The translations under genes were made by a program, and so were the position numbers. A model generated the notes under the pieces. The model was given only the letters and a program-made list of their open reading frames with translations, did no database searches and was not told where the DNA came from. 64,000 nt of DNA from an uncultured Gemmatimonadales bacterium (GTDB lineage: Bacteria; Gemmatimonadota; Gemmatimonadetes; Longimicrobiales; RSA9). Where the stretch lies: NCBI GenBank assembly GCA_963708135.1, contig OY970192.1, forward strand, positions 4,544,001 through 4,608,000, given 5' to 3'. The stretch's first letter is position 1. Each line of letters begins with the position of its first letter. Positions 1 through 11,784 of the stretch are shown here, piece by piece.

Positions 1-64
1 GCGCGGGCTGCGCCGAGGTTACCCGGCGTGCTCCCGGCGGGCGCGGAAGGCCTCGGGAACGGCG

Positions 65-529
65 CTTGCGCAGGATACGGCGCGCTTCGGCGGCCTCGAA
101 GGTCTCGTACAGGGCTGCGCCCGTGTGGCTGCTCAGGTTGTCGAGCACGACGCGGATCTTGTCGGCGTCCGCGCAATGCACGTCAACCAGTGCGCGCATC
201 TGCTGGGCGAAGTCCGCATTCGTGCGACGGGCGGTGACGTCCACATGCCGCCAGCCTCGCAGCGGCTCCACGAGCAGGAAGAGGTTGGCGGTCCCGCGGC
301 GCACGTACTCGTAGTCGACGCGTTGGCGCCGACCCGGAGCGGCCGGCACCGGCAGGCGGGTTTCCCCGATGAGCTGGTAGGGCACTTCATCGAAGCACAC
401 CACCGGGCGCCGGGGGTCGTAGGGCTCCTGGTAGAGGTCGAGCACGTCCTCCATGCGGCAGACGAAGTCCCAACTCACCGTCGGGATGCACCACGCTTCC
501 TTCTGCCAGGGCTTCAGGTCGTTTTTTTT
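65..529 (-). pseudogene. IS630 transposase orfB (DDE domain), reached by -1 frameshift and truncated before the third catalytic residue
   Basis: -1 frame reads KKNDLKPWQKEAWCIP...FDE...LDNL...ARRILRK, then loses similarity where the usual FHYTPKHxSWLNxxE segment is expected. Confidence 0.75.
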
Positions 530-942
530 AGAAGCCGTCGGACCGTCTCGTCCGTGATCGCGTCCACCACACGCAACTCGATCAGCTTGTCGGCCAGGAG
601 CTGCATGGTCCAGCGCACGCGCCCCTCCGGAGGCGCGCTGCACGCCAGCGCGACCAGGAAGGCTTCCTGCTTGCCGTCCAGCAGCCGGGCTTTGCCCGGC
701 CGAGGCCGATCGTTGAGCGCCCGCTCCAAACCGCCCTCGACGAAGCGCAGCCGCGTGCGCTCCACCGTGCACTTCCCCAGGTGCAGCGCGGCCGCAATCG
801 CCTTGTCGGTCACGCCCTCGTCGGCCAGCAACAGGATGCGCGCGCGGTTCACCCGGCGCACCCGCGCCTTGCCGCCCTGGAGCAGGCGCTTGAGTTCGGC
901 CCGCTCGTCGTCCGTGAGGTCCACGATATACTTCTTGGCCAT
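514..942 (-). CDS. IS630 transposase orfA (winged-HTH DNA-binding part)
   Basis: ATG at 942 with [27 protein letters not shown]; ends LLKKTT* across the A8 run. Confidence 0.9.
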   Translation of the reverse strand: MAKKYIVDLTDDERAELKRLLQGGKARVRRVNRARILLLADEGVTDKAIAAALHLGKCTVERTRLRFVEGGLERALNDRPRPGKARLLDGKQEAFLVALACSAPPEGRVRWTMQLLADKLIELRVVDAITDETVRRLLKKTT

Positions 943-979
943 CTGCCCTCCTCGCTGGGGGTCCGACAAATGGGCCAAC

Positions 980-1008
980 AATATAGCACGGAACTTTAGT
1001 CCTCACAA
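980..1008 (-). promoter_or_regulatory. Putative sigma70 promoter of the IS630 transposase
   Basis: Minus strand TTGTGA-17 bp-TATATT with extended TG, 38 bp upstream of the ATG. Confidence 0.55.
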
Positions 1009-1042
1009 TCATGATGGCTGAGTACTAGACCTAAGCTGTAGT

Positions 1043-1807
1043 CTAGATCTCCCGCGCCGCGACCGACACCCCCGCCAGCACGAGCATCACCACGCCGTAC
1101 CCCGCGATGTACGCGAACGCGTCCCATGGGATCGCCTGCATCCCGGCAAAGGCGCCCTCGAGCCGCAGGAACTCCGCCTGCGGCGGCACCACCAGCGCGA
1201 TCGCCCGCGTGACCCCCGGCGGCGCCCCGGCCAGCGCCCCCGCCTGGAGCAGCGCGTTCCACACCAGCGCGAATACCCCGACCAGCAGCGCGATCCACGC
1301 ATCCCCGCGCGTCCACACCGAGAGGAAGGCCGTGAGCCCGCCGTACGCCAGGATGTAGGCCGCGATCAGGACGAAGGTGCCGCCGCCCGCCCAGGTGCCC
1401 AGCATCAGCAGGTCGAATCCCGGCAGCAGCATCGCGGAGAGGATGAACGCCACCGCCGCGAGCGCGAGCCAGCGGGCACCGTAGACGCGCAGCGGGGAGA
1501 CGGGCCGCACCGCGTACAACCGCGCGTATCCCGCGCTCCGGTCCGCGCTGAACACGCCCGCCATGAGGACGAGAACGGCGATCAGCGGGAAGCGCCCGAT
1601 GATCCAGCCGAGCAGCAGCAGCGCCGACACCAGCGGGTAGCCGCCCACCACGAACAGCTGCCCCACCTCGACCTGGCCGTGCGGCCCCTTCGCCAGGAAC
1701 CGCCCCGTCAGTGCCGCCGCCACGAACAGCAGCCCGAAGGCGACGAGCGCCGCCATCCGCCGCCGGCGCGCCTTCACCTCCAACCGCACAAGAGGCGCCA
1801 CGCTCAT
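1043..1807 (-). CDS. ABC-2 type transporter permease
   Basis: About six hydrophobic segments from MSVAPLVRLEVK; start overlaps the stop of the ABC ATPase. Confidence 0.75.
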   Translation of the reverse strand: MSVAPLVRLEVKARRRRMAALVAFGLLFVAAALTGRFLAKGPHGQVEVGQLFVVGGYPLVSALLLLGWIIGRFPLIAVLVLMAGVFSADRSAGYARLYAVRPVSPLRVYGARWLALAAVAFILSAMLLPGFDLLMLGTWAGGGTFVLIAAYILAYGGLTAFLSVWTRGDAWIALLVGVFALVWNALLQAGALAGAPPGVTRAIALVVPPQAEFLRLEGAFAGMQAIPWDAFAYIAGYGVVMLVLAGVSVAAREI

Positions 1808-2730
1808 TCCCCCGCCTCCTCGAGCGCCCGCCGCACCCGCTCCTCGAGCGGCTCGGCCGCCGGCTGGAGCGAGACCAGCACGCCGCCGCCCGCGAGGAGC
1901 GCCGCCACCCGCCCGGAGAGCTCTGCCGGGTCCGCAGCCTCGATCCAGTAGACGGGCCGGCCGTCCGCCGCCGCACGCGCGCCCGGGAACGCGTCCGCCA
2001 GCGCGGGTGTGGCCGCGGTGAGCTCCAGCCGCCACACCCCCGCCGCCCCGCCCCGCGCGAGCTCGACCACCTCCCGCACCCGCCCCCTCTCCAGCACCAC
2101 CGCCCGGTCCGCCAGCCGCTCCACCTCGCCCAGGTCGTGGCTCGCGATCAGTACCGTACGTCCCTCCGAGCGCAGCGACTCGACCAGGCCGCGAAGCCGG
2201 ATCCGCCACAGCGGGTCGAGCCCCTCCGTCGGCTCGTCCAGCACCACCAGCGGCCTCGCCGCGAGCAGCGCTTGCGCCAGCCCGAGCCGCTGCAGCAGAC
2301 CCCGCGAGAGCGCGCCCACCGGCTTCCCGCCGTGCTCCACGAGCCCCAGCCGGTCGAGGACGGACTGCACCCGCCCCTCCGCCGCGCCGCGGCCGAGACC
2401 CTCGAGCCGCGCCAGCGCGAGCAGCGCCGCACGCACGCTCCACCCGCCCGGCAGCTGGAAGCGCTCCGGCAGGTACGCCGCGCCGCGTCGCCTCATGTAC
2501 GCACGAGGCGCCATCCCGTCGAGAGCGACCTTCCCCGATGTCGGACGGAGGAAGCCGAGCACCAGCGCGAAGAGCGTGCTCTTGCCGGCGCCGTTCGGAC
2601 CCACCACCGCCGTCACCTGGCCCGGCCGGACCGACAGCGTCACCCCATCCAGGGCGCGCACGCTCTTCGCGCCGCCCTCCGAGGACGGCGGCGTCCGGAA
2701 CTCTCTCGTGACTCCCTCGAGCTCGATCAT
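1804..2730 (-). CDS. ABC transporter ATP-binding protein
   Basis: Walker A GPNGAGKST, signature LSRG, Walker B VVLDEPT, SH switch. Confidence 0.92.
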   Translation of the reverse strand: MIELEGVTREFRTPPSSEGGAKSVRALDGVTLSVRPGQVTAVVGPNGAGKSTLFALVLGFLRPTSGKVALDGMAPRAYMRRRGAAYLPERFQLPGGWSVRAALLALARLEGLGRGAAEGRVQSVLDRLGLVEHGGKPVGALSRGLLQRLGLAQALLAARPLVVLDEPTEGLDPLWRIRLRGLVESLRSEGRTVLIASHDLGEVERLADRAVVLERGRVREVVELARGGAAGVWRLELTAATPALADAFPGARAAADGRPVYWIEAADPAELSGRVAALLAGGGVLVSLQPAAEPLEERVRRALEEAGE

Positions 2731-2768
2731 CCCGCCCCGGGCATGCATCCTGCCTGCCAGCCGCCCCC

Positions 2769-3569
2769 ATGAACGACAATTCCGGTGAGCGACGGCGCCG
2801 GCCGCGCGGCCGGCTGACCGCGGGCTCCGACGCGCTCTATCGTACGTTGCGCTTCGTCGCGGGGCACGTCCAGGGATTCTACGCCGCCTACGCCGCCTTC
2901 CTCACCCTCGCCTTCCTCGGCGCCGCCGCCTTCGCCGCCTTCATCGGGTTCGGCAAGCTCGTGGCCGAGGGCGTCACCCTCTCCTTCGACGACTCCGTGC
3001 TCCGCTGGTTCGCCGCGCACCGCACCGCCACCGCCACCTACGTCGCCCTCAGCCTGACCTCCCTCGGCAGCGAGGTCGTGCTCATCGCTCTCGTCCTCGT
3101 CGCCTCCGTCTTCCTCTGGGCCACCCGCCACCACTACTCCGTCTACCTCCTGCTCATCGGCGCCTTCGGCGCCTGGGGGCTCAGCGCTCTGCTGAAGGAG
3201 GTGTTCGAGCGGCCGAGGCCGAGCATCGTCAGCCACCTCGTCATCGTCCACAGCGACTCGTTCCCCTCCGGCCACGCCATGCACTCCATGGTCGTCTACG
3301 CCTCCATCGCCCTGCTCGTCGCCCGCCTCGCCCCCGGCCGCTCCCTGCGCACCCTCACATGGACCGTCGCCATCCTGCTGATCGCCGGCATCGGGACGAG
3401 CCGCCTCTACCTCGGCGTGCATTACCCGAGCGACGTCGCCGCCGGCTACGTCGCCGGCCTCGCCTGGATCGCCTTCGTCGCCGCCGGCCTCGCCGGCGCC
3501 CGCTACCTCTCCGCCCGCAACCCCGCCATCGAGTCCGCCGAGCGCGACCTCCACGCCGATCCCCCCTGA
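2769..3569 (+). CDS. PAP2-family membrane phosphatase (undecaprenyl-PP phosphatase-like)
   Basis: Motifs KxxxxxxRP, SFPSGH, SRxxxGVHYPSD. Confidence 0.9.
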   Translation: MNDNSGERRRRPRGRLTAGSDALYRTLRFVAGHVQGFYAAYAAFLTLAFLGAAAFAAFIGFGKLVAEGVTLSFDDSVLRWFAAHRTATATYVALSLTSLGSEVVLIALVLVASVFLWATRHHYSVYLLLIGAFGAWGLSALLKEVFERPRPSIVSHLVIVHSDSFPSGHAMHSMVVYASIALLVARLAPGRSLRTLTWTVAILLIAGIGTSRLYLGVHYPSDVAAGYVAGLAWIAFVAAGLAGARYLSARNPAIESAERDLHADPP

Positions 3570-3647
3570 CCCCCGGCCCCGGCCCCCCGGCCCCCGCGCG
3601 GCCCATCCAGCCATTCCCCCGCCCCACTCCCCCTCCCATGCTCGGCG

Positions 3648-5669
3648 ATGATGCCCCGTACCCGGGAGACGACCCTGCCCGACCCCGTCCGCCGCGCCCT
3701 CGGCCGCATGCTCCTCGATGCCGGCGCCATCAGCCCAGAGGAGCTCGAGCACGCGCTCGACCTCCAGCGGCGCGAAGGCCGCCGCCTCGGCGAGCTGCTG
3801 GTCCGGGGCGGCCTCGACCCCGAGCGCGTCGCCCGCGCCCTGGCCGTCCAGCTCGGGCTCGCCTACGCCCCACCGCCGCTCCGCCCCGGCGCCGACGCGC
3901 TCCGGCTCGTCGGCCGGCCCCTCGCCGTCCGCCTGCGCGCGCTCCCCCTCGCCCTCGCGGACCGCGCGCTGCGCGTGGCCATGGCCGACCCCCTCGACAT
4001 CGCCGCCGTGGACGACCTCCAGTTCCAGACCGGCCGCCGCGTGCAGCCCGTCGTTGCCACCGGCGCCGCCGTGGAGCGGGGGATCGTCGCGGCCTACGGC
4101 GGCGATGCCGTGCGCGCGCTGGTCTCCCGGCTGCCCGGAAAGGCCGCCCCGCCGGGCGGCACGGCTCCTCCCGCGGCACCGGCCGATGAAAAGGGCGCCG
4201 AGCTGCGCCGCGCGGCGGAGGCGCCGCCGATCATCGCGCTCGTCGAGCTCATCCTCGCCCGTGCCGTCACGGCCCGCGCCAGTGACATCCACATCGAGCC
4301 CGCCGCCGGCCGGATGCGCGTCCGCGTGCGGGTGGATGGCGTGCTCCGCGAGATCCTCGACCTGCCCGCCAGCGCCGCCGCCGCGGTCGTCTCGCGGCTC
4401 AAGGTGATGGCGGGCCTCGACATCTCCGTCAAGCGCCGCCCCCAGGACGGCCGCGCCGCCATCGCCGTTGAGGGCCGCGACCTCGCCCTGCGTATGTCCA
4501 CGCTCCCCTCCCGCCACGGGGAGAAGGTCGTGCTCCGCCTCCTCGACCCCCGCAACTCCGGCCGACCTCTCGATGCCCTCGACCTCGAGCCCGCCGACCG
4601 CCGCCGCCTGGATGCCTTGCTCGGCCGCGGCCACGGCGTCCTGCTCGTCACGGGCCCCACCGGCAGCGGCAAGACGACGACGCTCTACGCCGCCCTCGCG
4701 GCGCTCGACCGCGCGCGCCGCAACATCATCACCCTGGAAGATCCGATCGAGTACCAGCTGGAGGGGATCACGCAGGTCCAGGTGCACCGCCGTGCCGGGC
4801 TCGGCTTCGCCGCCGCGCTCCGGGCCGTGCTCCGGCAGGACCCGGACGTGATCATGGTCGGCGAGATGCGCGACCGCGCAACCGTGCAGGTCGGCCTGGC
4901 CGCCGCCCTCACGGGCCACCTCGTGCTGTCCACCCTCCACACCAACGATGCCCCCGGCGCCGTGACCCGGCTCCTCGAGATGAAGGCGCCGGCGTACCTC
5001 GTAGCCGGCGCCCTCATCGGCGTGGTCGCGCAGCGCCTCGTGCGCCGGCTCTGTCCCCACTGCCGCGCTCCACGCGACGCCGCCCCCGCCGAGCTCGCCG
5101 CGCTCGGCCTGCCGTCGCGCCCCGCCCGCCTGTTCGAGCCCGCCGGCTGCCCCCGCTGCGACGGGACTGGCTTCGCCGGCCGCGTCGGCATCTTCGAGGT
5201 CCTGGTCGTGGACGCCCGCGTGCGCGAGCTCATCCTCCGCCGCGCCCCCGCCGATGCCGTCCGCGAGGCCGCTCGCGCCGCCGGCTCGCAGTCCCTCGCC
5301 CTCGACGCATGGCGGAAGCTCGGCCGCGGACTCACCTCCCTCGGCGAGGTGGCGCCGTTTCTCGCCCTCCTCGCCGACGAGGCGCCCCTCTGCCCCCGGT
5401 GCGCCGCCCCCGTCCGCGCCGCCTATAACGCCTGCCCCCGCTGCGCCCACACCCTCCGCCACCGCTGCCGCTGCGGCGCCGCCCTCGACCCCGCCTGGCG
5501 CTGCTGCCCCGCGTGCGCCGCCCCCCTGCCCGATGCGCCGGCGCCGGCCGTTCGCGCCGCCGACGCGTCCGGGCCCGCCCCGAGCCCGCCCATGCCCGGG
5601 TCGGAGCGCTTGGGCGCTGTCGGCGGCGCCGCTCCGTCCCCGCCGCCCGTCGCCTCGAGTGCACCCTGA
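3648..5669 (+). CDS. GspE/PilB-family secretion/pilus ATPase with N-terminal MshEN-like region and C-terminal double zinc ribbon
   Basis: RLGELLV, ASDIHIEP, GPTGSGKTTT, LEDPIE, RQDPDVIMVGEMRD, STLHTN; extra C-terminal CxxC/CxC pairs. Confidence 0.9.
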   Translation: MMPRTRETTLPDPVRRALGRMLLDAGAISPEELEHALDLQRREGRRLGELLVRGGLDPERVARALAVQLGLAYAPPPLRPGADALRLVGRPLAVRLRALPLALADRALRVAMADPLDIAAVDDLQFQTGRRVQPVVATGAAVERGIVAAYGGDAVRALVSRLPGKAAPPGGTAPPAAPADEKGAELRRAAEAPPIIALVELILARAVTARASDIHIEPAAGRMRVRVRVDGVLREILDLPASAAAAVVSRLKVMAGLDISVKRRPQDGRAAIAVEGRDLALRMSTLPSRHGEKVVLRLLDPRNSGRPLDALDLEPADRRRLDALLGRGHGVLLVTGPTGSGKTTTLYAALAALDRARRNIITLEDPIEYQLEGITQVQVHRRAGLGFAAALRAVLRQDPDVIMVGEMRDRATVQVGLAAALTGHLVLSTLHTNDAPGAVTRLLEMKAPAYLVAGALIGVVAQRLVRRLCPHCRAPRDAAPAELAALGLPSRPARLFEPAGCPRCDGTGFAGRVGIFEVLVVDARVRELILRRAPADAVREAARAAGSQSLALDAWRKLGRGLTSLGEVAPFLALLADEAPLCPRCAAPVRAAYNACPRCAHTLRHRCRCGAALDPAWRCCPACAAPLPDAPAPAVRAADASGPAPSPPMPGSERLGAVGGAAPSPPPVASSAP

Positions 5670-5698
5670 AAAAAAACGGCGCCCGTTCCCGGACGCCG
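5669..5698 (-). terminator. Intrinsic terminator of the prkA-yeaH-spoVR operon
   Basis: Minus strand CGGCGTCCG-ggaa-CGGGCGCCG followed by T8. Confidence 0.75.
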
Positions 5699-5779
5699 CC
5701 GCCGATCCTCCCGCCCGCAGCTCCCCCGCCGTGTCCCCACCCCCACGCCCGCCCTCACCCACCCCGCGGTTGGCGCAGT

Positions 5780-7273
5780 TCACCCCACGCTCCGCTCCTC
5801 CTGCCGATGCTCCTCCCCGTCGAAGCTCATGACCGCCGGCTCGTCGTCCACGAACGTCTCGATGTGGACCGGCCGCTTCCACAGCCGCTGCACGTTCTCC
5901 AGCGTCTCGCGCGCGAAATCGAGCTTCAGCGGCACGCCCTCGTAGCGGTGCACGAGCACGAGCTCGCCACGGTTCAGGTGGTTGCCGTCCGCCACCTCGA
6001 TCCATGGCTGCCCGAAGTTGGTCAGCATGAACAGCAGCTTCTCCTTCACGGCCGCGAAGTCCCGGTCCGTGATCACGTACTGCCCCGTCATCGGGTTGTA
6101 GTCGTAGGAGAACAGGCCCTGCTTGCGCACGAAGTCAGCGGTCAGGAACTCGTCGAGGAAGGTGACGTCGTTGTAGTGGCGGCGTACCTCGAAGAGCTTC
6201 TCCCGCCCGGCCATCTCGCCGGTGTCCCAGCGCTGGCGCGCGTGGAAGTCGTCGCACGCCTCCCACTCCGGACCGTGGCGGCCCTTGTTCCAGCGCTCCT
6301 CGATGTCGCGCCAGAGCTCGATCCCCAGCTTGTACGGGTTCAGCCGGCCGGGCGAGGTGGCCATCGTGCCGGCGTGGTGGTCGGCGTAGTCCAGCAGCTC
6401 GGAGGCGTCGAGCGCGCGCGTCGTCATGATCGTCGAGTGCCAGTACGACGCCCACCCCTCGTTCATGATCTTCGTGCGGCCCTGTGGCGCGAAGTAGTAC
6501 GCCTCCTCGCGCACGATCCCCAGCACGTCCCGCTCCCAGTTCTTGAGCGGCGCGTGCTCCAGCAGGAACAGCATCACGTCCTTCTCGGGACGCGCCGGAA
6601 ACCTCGATTCCCGCCGCTCCCGCTCCGCCAGCCGCTCCCGCTCAGCCTCCAGCGCCGACGCCGGATTGATGTAGGAGTCCATGTACTCCTTCGCCCGCAG
6701 CTTCTTCGGCTCCAGGCGAAGCAGCGCGTCCTCCTCCGACGGCTCCTCCGGCGCGCGGTGCGGCCGCGCCGGCGCGTTGTAGTCGATCAGGTTGTCCAGC
6801 GACAGGCACCGATCCAGCAGCCGCTCCACCACCTCCTCGCCGTACATTTCGTGGTAGCGGCGTACCCGCGAGGCGTGGTTCGCCATCTCATCGACCATCT
6901 TCCGGTTCGTGTGCGCGAACGAGAAGTTGTTCTTGAAGAAGTCGCCGTGCCCGCACACGTGCGCCATTACCAGCTTCTGGTCAACCGTGTGGTTCGCCGC
7001 CAGCAGGTACGCGTACGTGGGATCGTTGTTGATCACCATCTCGTAGATCTTCGACAGACCGTACGCGTAGGAGCGCGAGAGCTCCACGTACTCCATCCCG
7101 AAGCGCCAGTGCGGGTAGCGGCTCGGATAGCCGCCGTAGGCCGCCACCTCGTTGATCTCCTCCCAGTCCAGCACCTCGTAGACGATCTCGAAGAAGTCCA
7201 GCCCGTACGCGCGGGCGTGCTCCTCGATGCTCTGCTGGAGCGAGCGAAGCTCCGGGGTGAGATCATGCTGCAT
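5780..7273 (-). CDS. spoVR: SpoVR/YcgB family protein
   Basis: RYPHWRFG, IYEMVINNDP, AHVCGH, TKIMNEGWASYWH, NPYKLG motifs. Confidence 0.93.
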   Translation of the reverse strand: MQHDLTPELRSLQQSIEEHARAYGLDFFEIVYEVLDWEEINEVAAYGGYPSRYPHWRFGMEYVELSRSYAYGLSKIYEMVINNDPTYAYLLAANHTVDQKLVMAHVCGHGDFFKNNFSFAHTNRKMVDEMANHASRVRRYHEMYGEEVVERLLDRCLSLDNLIDYNAPARPHRAPEEPSEEDALLRLEPKKLRAKEYMDSYINPASALEAERERLAERERRESRFPARPEKDVMLFLLEHAPLKNWERDVLGIVREEAYYFAPQGRTKIMNEGWASYWHSTIMTTRALDASELLDYADHHAGTMATSPGRLNPYKLGIELWRDIEERWNKGRHGPEWEACDDFHARQRWDTGEMAGREKLFEVRRHYNDVTFLDEFLTADFVRKQGLFSYDYNPMTGQYVITDRDFAAVKEKLLFMLTNFGQPWIEVADGNHLNRGELVLVHRYEGVPLKLDFARETLENVQRLWKRPVHIETFVDDEPAVMSFDGEEHRQEERSVG

Positions 7274-7285
7274 CGGGATGGACCT

Positions 7286-8389
7286 TCACTTCCCTTTGCC
7301 CAGAAAGGTCTTGATCGAGGACAGGATCGCCTCGCGCCCCTCGATCCGCGACAGCACCACGTTGTCCGCGCTCACGTGCGACTCGAGCGCGTGGAGGAAC
7401 TGGCCGCTGCCGTACCGGCTCTCCACCTGGCCGTAGCCGAACAGGTTCGCATTCGGCAGCAGGCGGTCCTGCAGCAACGCGAAGCATTTCTCGTCGTCGC
7501 CGCCGCCCCAGTTGTCCCCGTCCGAGAAGTGGAACAGGTACACGTTCCAAGATTCCGCCGGATACTCCCGGGCCACGATCTCCGCCGCGAGCTGGTACGC
7601 GCTCGAGATCCGCGTGCCGCCCGACTCCCGCGTCGAGTAGAACGTCTCCCGGTCCACCTCCCGCGCCGCCGCGTCGTGGATGATGTAGCGCGTCACCAGC
7701 CCGTCGTAGTGCGCGCGGATCCACGTGTCGATCCAGAACGACTCGATCCGCACGATCTCCTTCTGCTCGTTCCCCATCGAGCCGGACACGTCCATCATGT
7801 ACAGGATCACCGCGTTCGCCACCGGCTCCGGCTCGTCCTTCCACGAGCGGTAGCGGACATCCTCGCGCACCGGGACCACGACCGGCCGGCCCGCATTGTA
7901 GGCGCCGGTGGCCAGCTGCCGCTTCAGCGCCTCCTTGTACGTCCGCTTGAAGGAGCGCAGGCTCTCCGGCCCGGCGCGCTTGATCCCCGTGTAGCGGCTC
8001 TTCGGCACCGTCAGCGAGTGCGAGCCCTTCGGCTCGATCCGCGGCAGCTCCAGCTCCTCGCCCATGATCTCCGCGAGCTGCTCCACCGTCAGCTCCACCT
8101 CCCGGATGTGCTGCCCGGGCGCATCGCCCGCCTCGCCCGCCCCCCCTTCCCCGCCGTCCGCGCCGATCGGCGTCCCCACGTCCCCGGGGCCCTGCCCCAC
8201 TCCGCCCCGCTCCTTGCGCCCGTAGCGAAACCGCGGCAGCTCGACCTGCGGCAGCGGGATCGACACGAGCTCGTTCCCCCGCTTGCCAATCAGCTCGCCG
8301 CGGGTGATGTGCCGCTTCAGATCCTGCTTGATCCTGCCCCGCACGATCTCGTCGAACCGCCGTCGATCGCGCTCGATCCGCTTGACCAT
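7286..8389 (-). CDS. yeaH: YeaH/YhbH (DUF444) vWA-like protein
   Basis: [28 protein letters not shown]; located between prkA and spoVR. Confidence 0.9.
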   Translation of the reverse strand: MVKRIERDRRRFDEIVRGRIKQDLKRHITRGELIGKRGNELVSIPLPQVELPRFRYGRKERGGVGQGPGDVGTPIGADGGEGGAGEAGDAPGQHIREVELTVEQLAEIMGEELELPRIEPKGSHSLTVPKSRYTGIKRAGPESLRSFKRTYKEALKRQLATGAYNAGRPVVVPVREDVRYRSWKDEPEPVANAVILYMMDVSGSMGNEQKEIVRIESFWIDTWIRAHYDGLVTRYIIHDAAAREVDRETFYSTRESGGTRISSAYQLAAEIVAREYPAESWNVYLFHFSDGDNWGGGDDEKCFALLQDRLLPNANLFGYGQVESRYGSGQFLHALESHVSADNVVLSRIEGREAILSSIKTFLGKGK

Positions 8390-8423
8390 CTGATCCTCGC
8401 CTCATTCGCCGCGATCCCAAACT

Positions 8424-8493
8424 CCCACCCTTACCCTTACCCTCACCCCTACCCTCACCCTACACCCTCACCCTACACCCTCACCCTCACCCC
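8424..8493. repeat. Degenerate 6-7 bp tandem repeat (CCCTCA/CCCTTA/CCCTACA), 12 C-tracts
   Basis: Directly visible in the intergenic gap upstream of yeaH. Confidence 0.85.
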
Positions 8494-8853
8494 TATCTCA
8501 CCGCCGCCCCCGGCACATCCACCGGCCTCCTCAGCGCCGCCACCGGCAGGAAGGGCTGCATCAGCGCCGCCAGCGCCAGGAGCGCCACCAGCACGAGTAG
8601 CACGAACCTGAGCAGCGGGCTCAGCCGTTCGGCCGCTCGCACCGGCACCGGGCTCTGCACCGGCGCCGTCATGCGCAGCCCGCCCGACTCCTGGAGCAGC
8701 GTCCTCATGTCCGCGCCGCAGCGCTGGCACGGGCGCTCCGCGTCGAAGTTGACGTGCCAGCAGTGCGGGCACACGGCGAGACCCGTCTCGGCCGGCAATG
8801 CGGCCGATCCCAGGCGCAGCCCCGTGACGAGCTCGCGCCACGAGCGAGTCCGG

Positions 8854-8876
<23 letters not shown>
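8493..8876 (-). CDS. Small zinc-ribbon membrane protein
   Basis: CPHC-x10-CQRC followed by one hydrophobic helix ([16 protein letters not shown]); start overlaps the prkA end and is uncertain. Confidence 0.65.
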
Positions 8877-10953
<2,077 letters not shown>

Positions 10954-11049
10954 CGCTCCTACTCCTTCGAAGGGACCGGCTATGCGGGTGCGTTGGAGGC
11001 TGTATGGGCTACACGGCCCGGAACGGCGGAGTTCCTGGCCGGAACGCGT

Positions 11050-11784
11050 TCAGTTGCCGCGCGGCCGACCCCTGAACTCCGCCGCGACCTGCCGCAGCAG
11101 GCGCTCCACCGGGTCGCCGCCGCGCGGCGTGAGATAGCGGTCGGAGAGCCGGTTCAGTGCCACGCGCAGCCGCGGAAACTCGTCGGCACAGCTGCGGTAG
11201 AGGTCGTCCAGCCCCCACGTCTCGGCGTCGCTCGTCTGCGCCGCCAGGCGGTAGCCGTGGGCGCCCAGCTCCTCGTAGTACGACAGTCCGGGCGCGCCTC
11301 GCCGCCCCCGCCGCCCCTCGACCCAGTCCGGGTACAGCCCGCTGACCCAGAGCGCGAACTCCCCGAGGTGCGCCCGCAGCAGGAAGCCGCGCCGGCCCGG
11401 CGCATCGACCCGGGCCACGATCTCCGTCAGGTACCGCATCTCCTCGCCGTCGCCCTCTTCCACCACCCACGCCCGGTTGCGCTGACCGTACTCCAGCAGC
11501 AAGGCCGCCAGGTAGTCGGCCGTCGTGCGGTCTCCCAGGTCGCCCTCCAGCAGCGCGTGGCGGACCAGCAGGTAGAACAGCAGCGCCGCGGGGACCGTCG
11601 AGAGACCGGGGCCGGCAAGCAGCGCGTTGAGCGTGCGGGGATCGTCCAGAAGCGCGTCGAACCCCTCTGTCCGGAGCCGCTCCTCCTCCCGCTCCCGCGC
11701 GGCCGTGTCGCCGCGCGTCAGCACTCCGATCACCAGGTTCGCCTCGGCACGGCCGAATGCTCCACGCACGTTCGGTAGGATCAT
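11050..11784 (-). CDS. Conserved-looking hypothetical helical protein heading the prkA operon
   Basis: ATG with GGGAGG RBS, normal codon usage, motifs GEFALWVSGLYPD and SYYEELGxxGY. Confidence 0.7.
   Translation of the reverse strand: MILPNVRGAFGRAEANLVIGVLTRGDTAAREREEERLRTEGFDALLDDPRTLNALLAGPGLSTVPAALLFYLLVRHALLEGDLGDRTTADYLAALLLEYGQRNRAWVVEEGDGEEMRYLTEIVARVDAPGRRGFLLRAHLGEFALWVSGLYPDWVEGRRGRRGAPGLSYYEELGAHGYRLAAQTSDAETWGLDDLYRSCADEFPRLRVALNRLSDRYLTPRGGDPVERLLRQVAAEFRGRPRGN

Larger units (their letters stand above)
65..1028 (-). mobile_element. IS630-family insertion sequence, 3'-truncated
   Basis: HTH orfA (ARVRRVNRARILLLAD...RWTMQLLA) followed in the -1 frame by the DDE part (VVCFDE...YEYVRRGTANLF...VVLDNLSSH). 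Probable left end at CTAG 1025-1028. Transposase similarity stops at ~65. Confidence 0.85.

Noticed and set aside
1005..1028. IS630 end as the parent of the CTAG MITE
   Set aside because: Only CTAGT is shared between the termini, too little to claim the relationship.
3570..3637. C-rich GGCCCC repeats after the PAP2 gene
   Set aside because: Short low-complexity tract, unremarkable at this GC content.
5780..7273. Evidence of endospore formation from spoVR
   Set aside because: SpoVR/YcgB with PrkA and YeaH is widespread in non-sporulating bacteria.
8424..8493. Telomere-like repeat or eukaryotic contamination
   Set aside because: Degenerate, only 70 bp, and sits cleanly between genes of an intact bacterial operon.
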